From contig CBDCJV010000002.1 of assembly GCA_965217895.1 (NCBI GenBank), positions 4,832,001-4,896,000 on the forward strand: a DNA stretch of 64,000 nt, in the 5' to 3' direction. Positions within the stretch are counted from its first letter, which is position 1. Every line of letters begins with the position of its first letter. The notes beneath the pieces were generated by a model, which worked only from the letters and a program-made list of their open reading frames with translations, was not told where the DNA came from and did not search any database. Positions 31,001 to 38,736 of this stretch are shown piece by piece. The stretch comes from Waterburya sp. (lineage in GTDB: Bacteria > Cyanobacteriota > Cyanobacteriia > Cyanobacteriales > Xenococcaceae). A program made the position numbers and the translations under genes.

Positions 31001-31486
31001 CTAATTGCTAAAAATTTCCTGGTCAACTGTATTTACCGAGGCAACTACTTTAGCTGTTGTAATTTGGCTTAACTTAGTTATAAATTCTTCCCCCACATCT
31101 CCTGAGGCTAAATTGCAGCCATACAGCGAAAGCTTCGGCAAAATGTCTAAGTTAGGAAGCTTATGATCGATGAACCAGCTTTGAAGCTCTAAACTATATT
31201 GAATTAGGGTGTTTATGCTTAATTCACTATTTCCCAAATATATGCATCCTGGGTAGCCTTGAGCAACAATATAAACTTCTTGACAATTACTATTTACTAG
31301 TATTTGAGTTATTGCTTTGATTCCATCGGTTTGGGAGCCAATTATAATGGCTCTGGCTTCTGGTGTAACCTTTTGCACCAAAGTATCATAGTTGGGAACT
31401 GCCGAATCGATAAAAACTATAGCTCTACTGTCTTTGTTTTTGAATCGTATTCTGCTGTTTTGAAACAGATGAGCTAAAAAAGACAT
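31001..31486 (-). CDS. Stand-alone DUF4347-domain protein (possibly degenerate)
   Basis: IVFIDSAVPNY, DGIKAITQIL, LYGCNLASG...GEEFI. Confidence 0.75.
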   Translation of the reverse strand: MSFLAHLFQNSRIRFKNKDSRAIVFIDSAVPNYDTLVQKVTPEARAIIIGSQTDGIKAITQILVNSNCQEVYIVAQGYPGCIYLGNSELSINTLIQYSLELQSWFIDHKLPNLDILPKLSLYGCNLASGDVGEEFITKLSQITTAKVVASVNTVDQEIFSN

Positions 31487-31712
31487 AATAACTTGCTTGA
31501 ATTAAATTTATGAAGCATAAAATTGTTCGCAATCCACGAATGATTGATAACAATCTCTTCAGATTAATTTCTCGAACAATTAGCAGCTTAGTAAAAAGAT
31601 TACACTTTTTTGAATTGTAGAAGCTCAGACAAGACTCTTCTTGATTAAAACTTTAATAAGATTTGGCTATTTGTGAAGTGAAGATAAAGAAAAAATATTC
31701 TAGTTATTGAAT

Positions 31713-31764
31713 TAATAAAAAAGCGATCGCCTGTTACTTCCTTAAGGCGATCGCTTTTTTATTA
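31713..31764. terminator. Perfect 20-bp inverted repeat with a HIP1 in each arm; probable bidirectional terminator
   Basis: TAATAAAAAAGCGATCGCCT-N12-AGGCGATCGCTTTTTTATTA, downstream of the PfkB kinase. Confidence 0.8.
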
Positions 31765-31801
31765 TTAGTTACTGACAGATTAATTTGTTTCTTAGGATTT
31801 A

Positions 31802-32800
31802 TCAAGCAACCTTTGAGTCATTTAAAAGAGCCTGAACTTCTTCTGTTTTTAGGCGTGCGCCCAAACTAGTAACTATCTTTGAAGAAGCCAGAGAAGCTAA
31901 ACGTCCTGCTTCTGTATAGCTCATGCCGTTAGTAATACCATACAGAAACGCTCCTGCATACATATCTCCTGCGCCAACAGTATCGATCGCCTTGACAGGG
32001 AAAGGGGCAATTTCGATTAAGCGATCGCCATCAAAGATAATTGAACCTGATGCACCGCGAGTAATAGCAAAGCCTTTAGCCAGAGTTTTAAGATGGTCAA
32101 CCGCAACCTCAAAATCTTCAGTATCCGCCATTAACATCGCTTCGCCCTCGTTGGCAAAGAGGAAATCAACTCCCGAACCAATTATTTCTAACAAACCTGG
32201 CTTAAAGAATTTCACCATATTCAAATCAGCCAAGGTGAAAGCCACCTTGTTTCCCGCAGCTTGAGCAATTTCTTTAGCTTCGATCGCTGCCTGTTTGCTG
32301 CTTTGCCCACTAACCAAATAACCTTCAATGTAGGTGAATTCGGCATTTTTAATCGCTTCTGGCATTAATTCGGCATCACTAAACTCGCCTGAAATACCCA
32401 GAAAAGTATTCATAGTGCGATCGGCATCGGGGGTAACAAACACCAAACACTTGCCTGTCACTCCTGATTCAGCAGTCTGATTTTCTAAATTGGTAGTGAC
32501 TCCGCAATCAATTAAATCTTGGGTATAAAAGTTTCCTGGTTCATCATTGGCAACCTTGCAAGAATAAAAAGATTTACCGCCAAATTGACTTACTGCAATT
32601 AGGGTATTGGCTGCTGAACCTCCGCAAGAACGTTTTTGAGAGTATTCAGCTAAGTTGCTAACTATTTTGTCCTGACTATCTCGATCTAATAAAGTCATGA
32701 CACCTTTTTCTATGCCTAAATTTTGTAATGCTTCGACTGATATCTCAAACTCAATATCCAATAAAGCATTACCAAGAGCGTACACATCGTATTTTGTCAT
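31802..32800 (-). CDS. PfkB-family (adenosine kinase-like) kinase
   Basis: LGNALLD, GGSAANT, DADRTMNTFLG, ANEGEA, DTVGAGD. Confidence 0.9.
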   Translation of the reverse strand: MTKYDVYALGNALLDIEFEISVEALQNLGIEKGVMTLLDRDSQDKIVSNLAEYSQKRSCGGSAANTLIAVSQFGGKSFYSCKVANDEPGNFYTQDLIDCGVTTNLENQTAESGVTGKCLVFVTPDADRTMNTFLGISGEFSDAELMPEAIKNAEFTYIEGYLVSGQSSKQAAIEAKEIAQAAGNKVAFTLADLNMVKFFKPGLLEIIGSGVDFLFANEGEAMLMADTEDFEVAVDHLKTLAKGFAITRGASGSIIFDGDRLIEIAPFPVKAIDTVGAGDMYAGAFLYGITNGMSYTEAGRLASLASSKIVTSLGARLKTEEVQALLNDSKVA

Positions 32801-32903
32801 AAATTACCTCAGTGGATATATAAACCTGATTCAATCTAACTTATTAGTTTTCAATCGAATTAATCTTATGCAAGATATCATTATTCGAGCCTTGGCATAA
32901 ACA

Positions 32904-33204
32904 TATCGCAGTACGTTGACTGGTTAGGACAGAAAAATGAACTGTTCGTAAGTAGCAAGTAGCAAGTAGCAAGTAACAAGTAGCAAGTAACAAGTAGCAA
33001 GTAACAAGTAGCAAGTAACAAGTAGCAAGTAACAAGTAGCAAGTAACAAGTAGCAAGTAGCAAGTAACAAGTAGCAAGTAACAAGTAGCAAGTAACAAGT
33101 AGCAAGTAACAAGTAACAAGTAACAAGTAGCAAGTAACAAGTAGCAAGTAGCAAGTAACAAGTAGCAAGTAGCAAGTGTCCTAATATAAGTACGTATTGC
33201 TATA
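32904..33204. mobile_element. MITE-like element with 28-bp imperfect TIRs enclosing a heptamer array
   Basis: Left TATCGCAGTACGTTGACTGGTTAGGACA vs reverse complement of right end TATAGCAATACGTACTTATATTAGGACA (19/28); same end pattern as 51363-51477. Confidence 0.75.
32950..33177. repeat. Tandem array of 32 heptamers AAGTAGC/AAGTAAC
   Basis: Counted directly; variants mostly alternate, giving a 14-bp higher-order period. Confidence 0.97.
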
Positions 33205-33300
33205 TATTTTTATCAATAAACATAGCGATCGCCTGTTCTGAATTTGTATTTAGCAACAGATGTTTTAAACTGCAAGTTAATCTAAATAAAGCTACACAAG

Positions 33301-34443
33301 ATGCAGTCTCAAATTTACACTAATTATCGCTTGCTCTTACCCCATGAAGAAATATTAGGTACGATCGCCGTTAAAGATGGAATTATTGTTGATATTCAAC
33401 CAGGAGTAGTATCTCAGGGGCAAAATGGAGACGGCAATTATCTTTTGCCTGGATTAATTGAACTCCACACCGATAATCTAGAAAAGTGTATCTCGCCTCG
33501 CCCTAAAGTTAGGTTTCCCTTAGAATCAGCAGCGGTTAACCACGATCGCGATTTAATAAGTGCTGGAGTTACTACAGTCTGTGATGCGATCGCCATTGGT
33601 GACGTTACCCCTAAAGACGATTCTTTGCGCATACATCATTATGCAGCGATGATTGATACTATTGCCCAAGGGCAAGCAGCGGGTAGATTTAGCGCAGATC
33701 ACTTATTACACTTACGTTGCGAACTAGGCTACGAACATCTCTACGATATTATCGAACTTTATTCGGAACATCCGCTTTTAGCACTAATATCCTTAATGGA
33801 TCATACCCCTGGTCAACGTCAATTCGTCAATATCAATAAGTACAAATCATACTACACAAGTAGGCATGGTGTACCCGAAGCTAAAATGGAGGAGTTTATT
33901 GCCATGCGTTTAGATAACCAACGTCAACACGCCTTAGCCAATCGTCAGGCTTTAGTTAAACTAAGTCAAGCAAAAAATATTTCCTTGGCTAGTCACGATG
34001 ATGCCACAGTCGATCATGTTAGAGGCGCGATCGCCGAAGGAGTTGTTTTAGCAGAATTTCCCACTACCCTTTACGCTGCCAAAGAAGCTCATAATCATGG
34101 TTTAGCGATTCTTATGGGTGCGCCAAATGTGATTTTAGGCGGTTCACATTCTGGCAATGTTTCAGCGATGGAATTAGTAGAATTAGATTTGGTTGATATT
34201 ATTTCTTCTGATTATGTACCTAGAAGTTTATTACATTCGGTATTTATTATTAGTCAAGAAGCCAAAAAACCACTGTATGAGGTAATCAGATACATTACCT
34301 TAAATCCAGCTAAGGCAATTAATTTAGATCGGCAAATCGGCAGTTTGTCAATAGGAAAAAAGGCTGACTTTATCACAGTTCATGATGATGGTGTTGTTCC
34401 CAGAATTTTAGAAGTTTATAAACAAGGCGATCGCGTAGCTTAA
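33301..34443 (+). CDS. phnM: Alpha-D-ribose 1-methylphosphonate 5-triphosphate diphosphatase (PhnM family)
   Basis: LPGLIELHTDNLE, HLRCE, SLMDHTPGQRQF, ASHDD, EFPTT, GGSHSGNVSA, SSDYVP. Confidence 0.93.
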   Translation: MQSQIYTNYRLLLPHEEILGTIAVKDGIIVDIQPGVVSQGQNGDGNYLLPGLIELHTDNLEKCISPRPKVRFPLESAAVNHDRDLISAGVTTVCDAIAIGDVTPKDDSLRIHHYAAMIDTIAQGQAAGRFSADHLLHLRCELGYEHLYDIIELYSEHPLLALISLMDHTPGQRQFVNINKYKSYYTSRHGVPEAKMEEFIAMRLDNQRQHALANRQALVKLSQAKNISLASHDDATVDHVRGAIAEGVVLAEFPTTLYAAKEAHNHGLAILMGAPNVILGGSHSGNVSAMELVELDLVDIISSDYVPRSLLHSVFIISQEAKKPLYEVIRYITLNPAKAINLDRQIGSLSIGKKADFITVHDDGVVPRILEVYKQGDRVA

Positions 34444-34459
34444 AAGGAGTAATTGTTCA

Positions 34460-35008
34460 TTGTCTATTATCAATTATCAATTTATTGTTTACGCTTGTCC
34501 TGTCGGAGAATTAAATTATCAGATCGAGAATTACTTGCAGAGAATTAGTGAATTATATGGAGAGAATACGGCGCATAAATATATGCCTCATTGTACCTTA
34601 ACTGGATTTTTTACGGCTGAATTAGATTTAATTTCTATTTATATTCAGGCTTTAGATCGAGCATACGCTGAGGCAAAGAATACAAACTTGTCTCTTAATG
34701 TAAAAATAAAACGATTAGCTTTTAATAAAAATTGGCATGGTTTGGAATTGCAGGCTGATAGCCTTAAAATGCTAATTACTAATTTTAGTCAAGCGAAAAA
34801 CCTACTGAACTATCAAGAAAAACTTAGATTAAAAGATTGGCTACACCTCAGCTTAGCTTATGATTTTAATTCTGAACATGAAGCAGTTTTAAAAAAAACA
34901 GCAATGGTAATGATTGACATAAAAGCTAATGTAAATTGGGAATTACGTTTCTATCAAAAAAATCCAGACTGGTCTTGGAAATGTTTACAATCTTGGCAAC
35001 TTTCTTGA
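34460..35008 (+). CDS. Putative 2H-phosphoesterase superfamily protein
   Basis: Two Hx(T/S) motifs: PHCTLTGFF and LHLSLAY; AGGAG RBS upstream; 16 bp after phnM. Confidence 0.7.
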   Translation: MSIINYQFIVYACPVGELNYQIENYLQRISELYGENTAHKYMPHCTLTGFFTAELDLISIYIQALDRAYAEAKNTNLSLNVKIKRLAFNKNWHGLELQADSLKMLITNFSQAKNLLNYQEKLRLKDWLHLSLAYDFNSEHEAVLKKTAMVMIDIKANVNWELRFYQKNPDWSWKCLQSWQLS

Positions 35009-35023
35009 AGCGATTAATTGCCC

Positions 35024-36754
35024 TTACCTTTCCTGAAACTGTCGAGCATAAAATCTAGCATAAGCACCATTTTTAGCGAGTAATTCTTGATGATTACCCG
35101 TTTCCACTATTTGTCCTTTTTCTAATACCAAAATTCGATCGGCGCGTCGTACTGTAGCTAAACGATGAGCGATTACAAATACAGTACGATCCTGCATAAT
35201 TCTTTCTAAGGCTTCTTGTACCAATGCTTCAGATTCTGAGTCTAATGCCGAAGTTGCTTCATCTAAAATTAGTATACGAGGATTAGGCAAAATAGCACGA
35301 GCGATCGCAATTCTTTGTCGTTGTCCCCCCGATAGGTTAACTCCCCTTTCTCCTACATAGGTAAAATAACCTTGGGATAGTTCACTAATAAATTGATGGG
35401 CATTAGCAATCTTGGCAGCAGCTTCGATATCTTTTAGTTCAAACTTAGTTTTTCCAAAGGCAATGTTTTGAACAATAGTACCAGAAAACAGAGTGTTTTC
35501 TTGAGGAACAATTCCTATTTGTTTACGTAAGCTTTTGAGGGTAACATCTTGAATATTTACGCCATCAATTAGTATTTTGCCGTTATCAACATTATAAAAG
35601 CGAGGTAGCAAATTAACCAAAGTAGATTTACCAGCCCCAGAAGAGCCAACAAGAGCAATAGTTTCTCCAGGGTGAGCTAGTAAACTCAAGCAATTAATTA
35701 CGGGGATACCATTTTTATAGCTAAAGCTAACGGCACTATATTCAACTTTACCTGTTACTGCCTGTAAAGCGATCGCCTGTTCTTTTTCGATTACGGCAGG
35801 TTGTATTGCTAATAATTCAAATATTTTATCTGCTGATGCCTGTCCTTCTTTAAACTTATTGTAATTACTAGTAGTATGAGTAATCGGGTCAATTAATAAT
35901 GCTACCCCTGTAATGTAGCTAACAAAATCTTTTCCTGTTAGATTACCCAGAGAAATCTGCCAACCTCCCAAGAAGAAGATAAATACCACGCTCATTACCA
36001 ACAAAAAACCTACTATCACAATCTGAAATGCTTTAGCTTTCTCTGCCTGATATTTAGCTTGGCGATTAGCTTCTGCTTCTTGACCAAAACGCTCTAGTTC
36101 ATAATTTTCGGCCGCAAAAGCCTGGACTAAACGAATTCCTCCTAATACTTCTGTTAATAAAGCCGACAAATTGGAAATACGATTTTGGCTATGCCGGGAA
36201 TACTGCAAGAGTTTTTCGCCAAATGCGCCAATAATCAGAGCCATTACAGGAGCTAATACCAGTGTCGCTAGGGTCAATTGCCAATTAAGCCAGAGCATAT
36301 AGCCCAAAACTACAATTAACTGCAAAATACAGGGAATAAAATCATGAAAAAACTGATTTACAACCTCGCCGATGCGATCTATATCTTCTGTGAGGCGATA
36401 AGTTAGATCTCCTGTTTTTGCTACTTCAAAATAATTCAAACTTAGCTTTTGCAGATGACTATAAACAAACTTGCGCACATCCAAAGCGACATTCAAAGCA
36501 GCTTTTGCCATCAAGGAATCTTGCCCGTATTGAGCAATGCCTTGTAACAGAAAAACCAGCGCAACTAATCCCGCTAGCTTGGCAATACTGCTAGGATCTC
36601 CTTTGCCAATATATTGACTGACTTCTCCTGCCAACCAGGCTTTAATTGGCCAAAAAACCGTAAAAATAAGAGTACAAATAAAAGCCAACAGGATAGTCTG
36701 ACTTTGAGGGCGAATAAAAGGAATAAGCTGCCAGTAGCTAGAGCGATTTTTCAA
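35024..36754 (-). CDS. ABC exporter, fused permease/ATPase (MsbA-like)
   Basis: GSSGAGKST, LSGGQRQR, ILDEATSALD, IAHRL; N-terminal TM domain. Confidence 0.93.
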   Translation of the reverse strand: MKNRSSYWQLIPFIRPQSQTILLAFICTLIFTVFWPIKAWLAGEVSQYIGKGDPSSIAKLAGLVALVFLLQGIAQYGQDSLMAKAALNVALDVRKFVYSHLQKLSLNYFEVAKTGDLTYRLTEDIDRIGEVVNQFFHDFIPCILQLIVVLGYMLWLNWQLTLATLVLAPVMALIIGAFGEKLLQYSRHSQNRISNLSALLTEVLGGIRLVQAFAAENYELERFGQEAEANRQAKYQAEKAKAFQIVIVGFLLVMSVVFIFFLGGWQISLGNLTGKDFVSYITGVALLIDPITHTTSNYNKFKEGQASADKIFELLAIQPAVIEKEQAIALQAVTGKVEYSAVSFSYKNGIPVINCLSLLAHPGETIALVGSSGAGKSTLVNLLPRFYNVDNGKILIDGVNIQDVTLKSLRKQIGIVPQENTLFSGTIVQNIAFGKTKFELKDIEAAAKIANAHQFISELSQGYFTYVGERGVNLSGGQRQRIAIARAILPNPRILILDEATSALDSESEALVQEALERIMQDRTVFVIAHRLATVRRADRILVLEKGQIVETGNHQELLAKNGAYARFYARQFQER

Positions 36755-36851
36755 GTCTATCTTGGGGGTTGAATAATAGTCATTAGTCTACACCAGCCCC
36801 TATCGCTGTCAATTTATTTAAGGCTGACAAACATAAATCGGCAAAATCAAC

Positions 36852-36884
36852 AAAAAAAGGGGCGTTTTGTTCAAACGCACCTTT
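36852..36884 (-). terminator. Intrinsic terminator-like hairpin
   Basis: Minus strand: aaaggtgcgtttgaacaaaacgcccc followed by T7. Confidence 0.65.
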
Positions 36885-37149
36885 CAAAATTGGTAAATAA
36901 TAATGAATATCTAGTCTTGAATTTATTATTCCATGCCTTTGGGGAGATCTAAGTTTGTTCATCTAATCTTGTTCAAATAGTAGCTATCTTCATCTAAACT
37001 TCAAAAATCTCTCAATAGTTTAATGTAAGATAGAAAAACTGACGATATTTCTTAATTGACCTATCGACTACCTTAATGTTTCGAGAATTATCTACTAGCG
37101 ATAGCAAAAAAGCCTACGTTACAATTTTTGACTCAAAGTCGGCAAAACC

Positions 37150-37458
37150 TCACCAATCCGATTTTTCAATCCAGCGTAGAGCTAAATATATAAGCCCAGT
37201 CAGAATAGCCAAACCAATCATAAGAAATACGACGACAGTATAGCCTGCTTTAATTAGACTGACGACCATAATTAAGTAGGGAATACCCAAAGTAGCTATA
37301 ATTAAAGCTAATTTTTTAGGAGTCCATTTGATATCCTTCCAGTCAGTCATTATTGAGCCGCCACTGCCATATTTTTCGGGAGGTTTAGCTACTTGAGATT
37401 TGCCAACCTTACCCTGTCGCAGCATTTTTGGAAGATTTTGACGATCATTATTTGGCAT
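37150..37458 (-). CDS. Small 2-TM membrane protein (true start may be the internal Met)
   Basis: Two hydrophobic helices, ends LRWIEKSDW. Confidence 0.6.
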   Translation of the reverse strand: MPNNDRQNLPKMLRQGKVGKSQVAKPPEKYGSGGSIMTDWKDIKWTPKKLALIIATLGIPYLIMVVSLIKAGYTVVVFLMIGLAILTGLIYLALRWIEKSDW

Positions 37459-37689
37459 AGCTGATAAATTTTAATCGGTAAAAGTTGTAACCATAATAGT
37501 TTAAGACTCTTAATTGAGCCAAAAAATTTCGCTTTGCAAGTCAGCTTTATTTAGTTTTATTTACACTCTTTACTATTTTGAACAGTCTTTAAGGCGCAGA
37601 TGGATAGATTTAGTTTCCTAATCCTTTTTAGAATTAGTCATACTTGTAAACTAGATTTTTATCAATTCAATTTAGAGGATCAAAGCCAG

Positions 37690-38733
37690 ATGGATACAGA
37701 TGCGATCGCTTTAGCTAAAAAAATCCAAATTCAGTTTAAAATACTCAAGCAGCAAAAGCAATATCAGCATATTGCTAAATTGATTACTTATGCTTGGCAA
37801 GTAAATTCTAGTCATTTTAATCGTCAGATTTTTGGCTATCTTCCTGGCATTTTTCAAGAAATTGAGCTTTTTCCTGCTTCTAAGGCAATACAGCTAAAAG
37901 ATTTGTATATTGGTGAACCAGTGGTTTACAAAGTCTATTATCCTCAGGAACAAAAACTATACAATATTCCTTTTTTTTATATCTTTTGCTATCTAAAAAA
38001 AAATTCTGATAAATTAAATATTTATTTTCAAAGCGCACATCCCCAATATAAAAAATTTGACTATCAAGATTACAATTTAAGTCAAGAAAAAGTCAATTTT
38101 GAAGGATGCGTATCTGCCTTTAATAATGACGATATGTCTATAATCAGCGTTAGCGATCCAGGGCAATTTATTCCAGGATTAACCTCCAGCTATTATGTTG
38201 GTTCAGCAGATTTAAACTTCGTAAAATATATTGCTAAAGTACTAGAGCCTATAGCTAATTTAGCAAACATTAATGCTAATAACATTCTGCTGTTTGGTTC
38301 TTCTGCGGGAACGTTTGGTGCATTACTTAGCAGTACCTATTTTCAGCAAAAAGTAAATGTATTGGCTGTTAACAGTCAAATATTTTTGCACTATAAAACA
38401 TCGATGATGAAGCAGCTATTTAATATTGATAATCGAAAAAAACTTTTAGATTTATTTGGTCAGCAAATTTCTTGTGTCCAAAGATTCGAGCGAAAATTAA
38501 ATAGCATTCCTAATATTTATATTTTAGCCAACGTCAACGATAATTTATATCAACGTAATTTTAATTTTTATCGACTTTATATAGACAAATTTACTCAAAA
38601 AGAAGTTAATAATCAGTCAGTTTTTGATAGTTATTATGGTGTAGACGGTCATGGTCGTCCTGAATCATCTTCCCTTAAAGCTAAAATTAAAATTGCCAGA
38701 GAAGTTCTGACTATGAACTCAACTAGGCAGTGA
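37690..38733 (+). CDS. Alpha/beta-hydrolase-fold protein, Asp2-like (candidate glycan O-acetyltransferase/esterase)
   Basis: SVSDPG...SYYVGS...LLFGSSAGTFGAL (GxSxG), ANVND, DGHGR; ATG 37690 has an upstream AGAGGA. Confidence 0.6.
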   Translation: MDTDAIALAKKIQIQFKILKQQKQYQHIAKLITYAWQVNSSHFNRQIFGYLPGIFQEIELFPASKAIQLKDLYIGEPVVYKVYYPQEQKLYNIPFFYIFCYLKKNSDKLNIYFQSAHPQYKKFDYQDYNLSQEKVNFEGCVSAFNNDDMSIISVSDPGQFIPGLTSSYYVGSADLNFVKYIAKVLEPIANLANINANNILLFGSSAGTFGALLSSTYFQQKVNVLAVNSQIFLHYKTSMMKQLFNIDNRKKLLDLFGQQISCVQRFERKLNSIPNIYILANVNDNLYQRNFNFYRLYIDKFTQKEVNNQSVFDSYYGVDGHGRPESSSLKAKIKIAREVLTMNSTRQ

Positions 38734-38736
38734 ATT

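Noticed and set aside
32844..33175. Three LLATCY-repeat ORFs; possible CRISPR array
   Set aside because: Translation artefacts of a stop-free heptamer array; no unique spacers and no cas genes
33261..33295. Pho box upstream of phnM
   Set aside because: TTAA half-sites are 12 bp apart instead of 11 and the third repeat is poor
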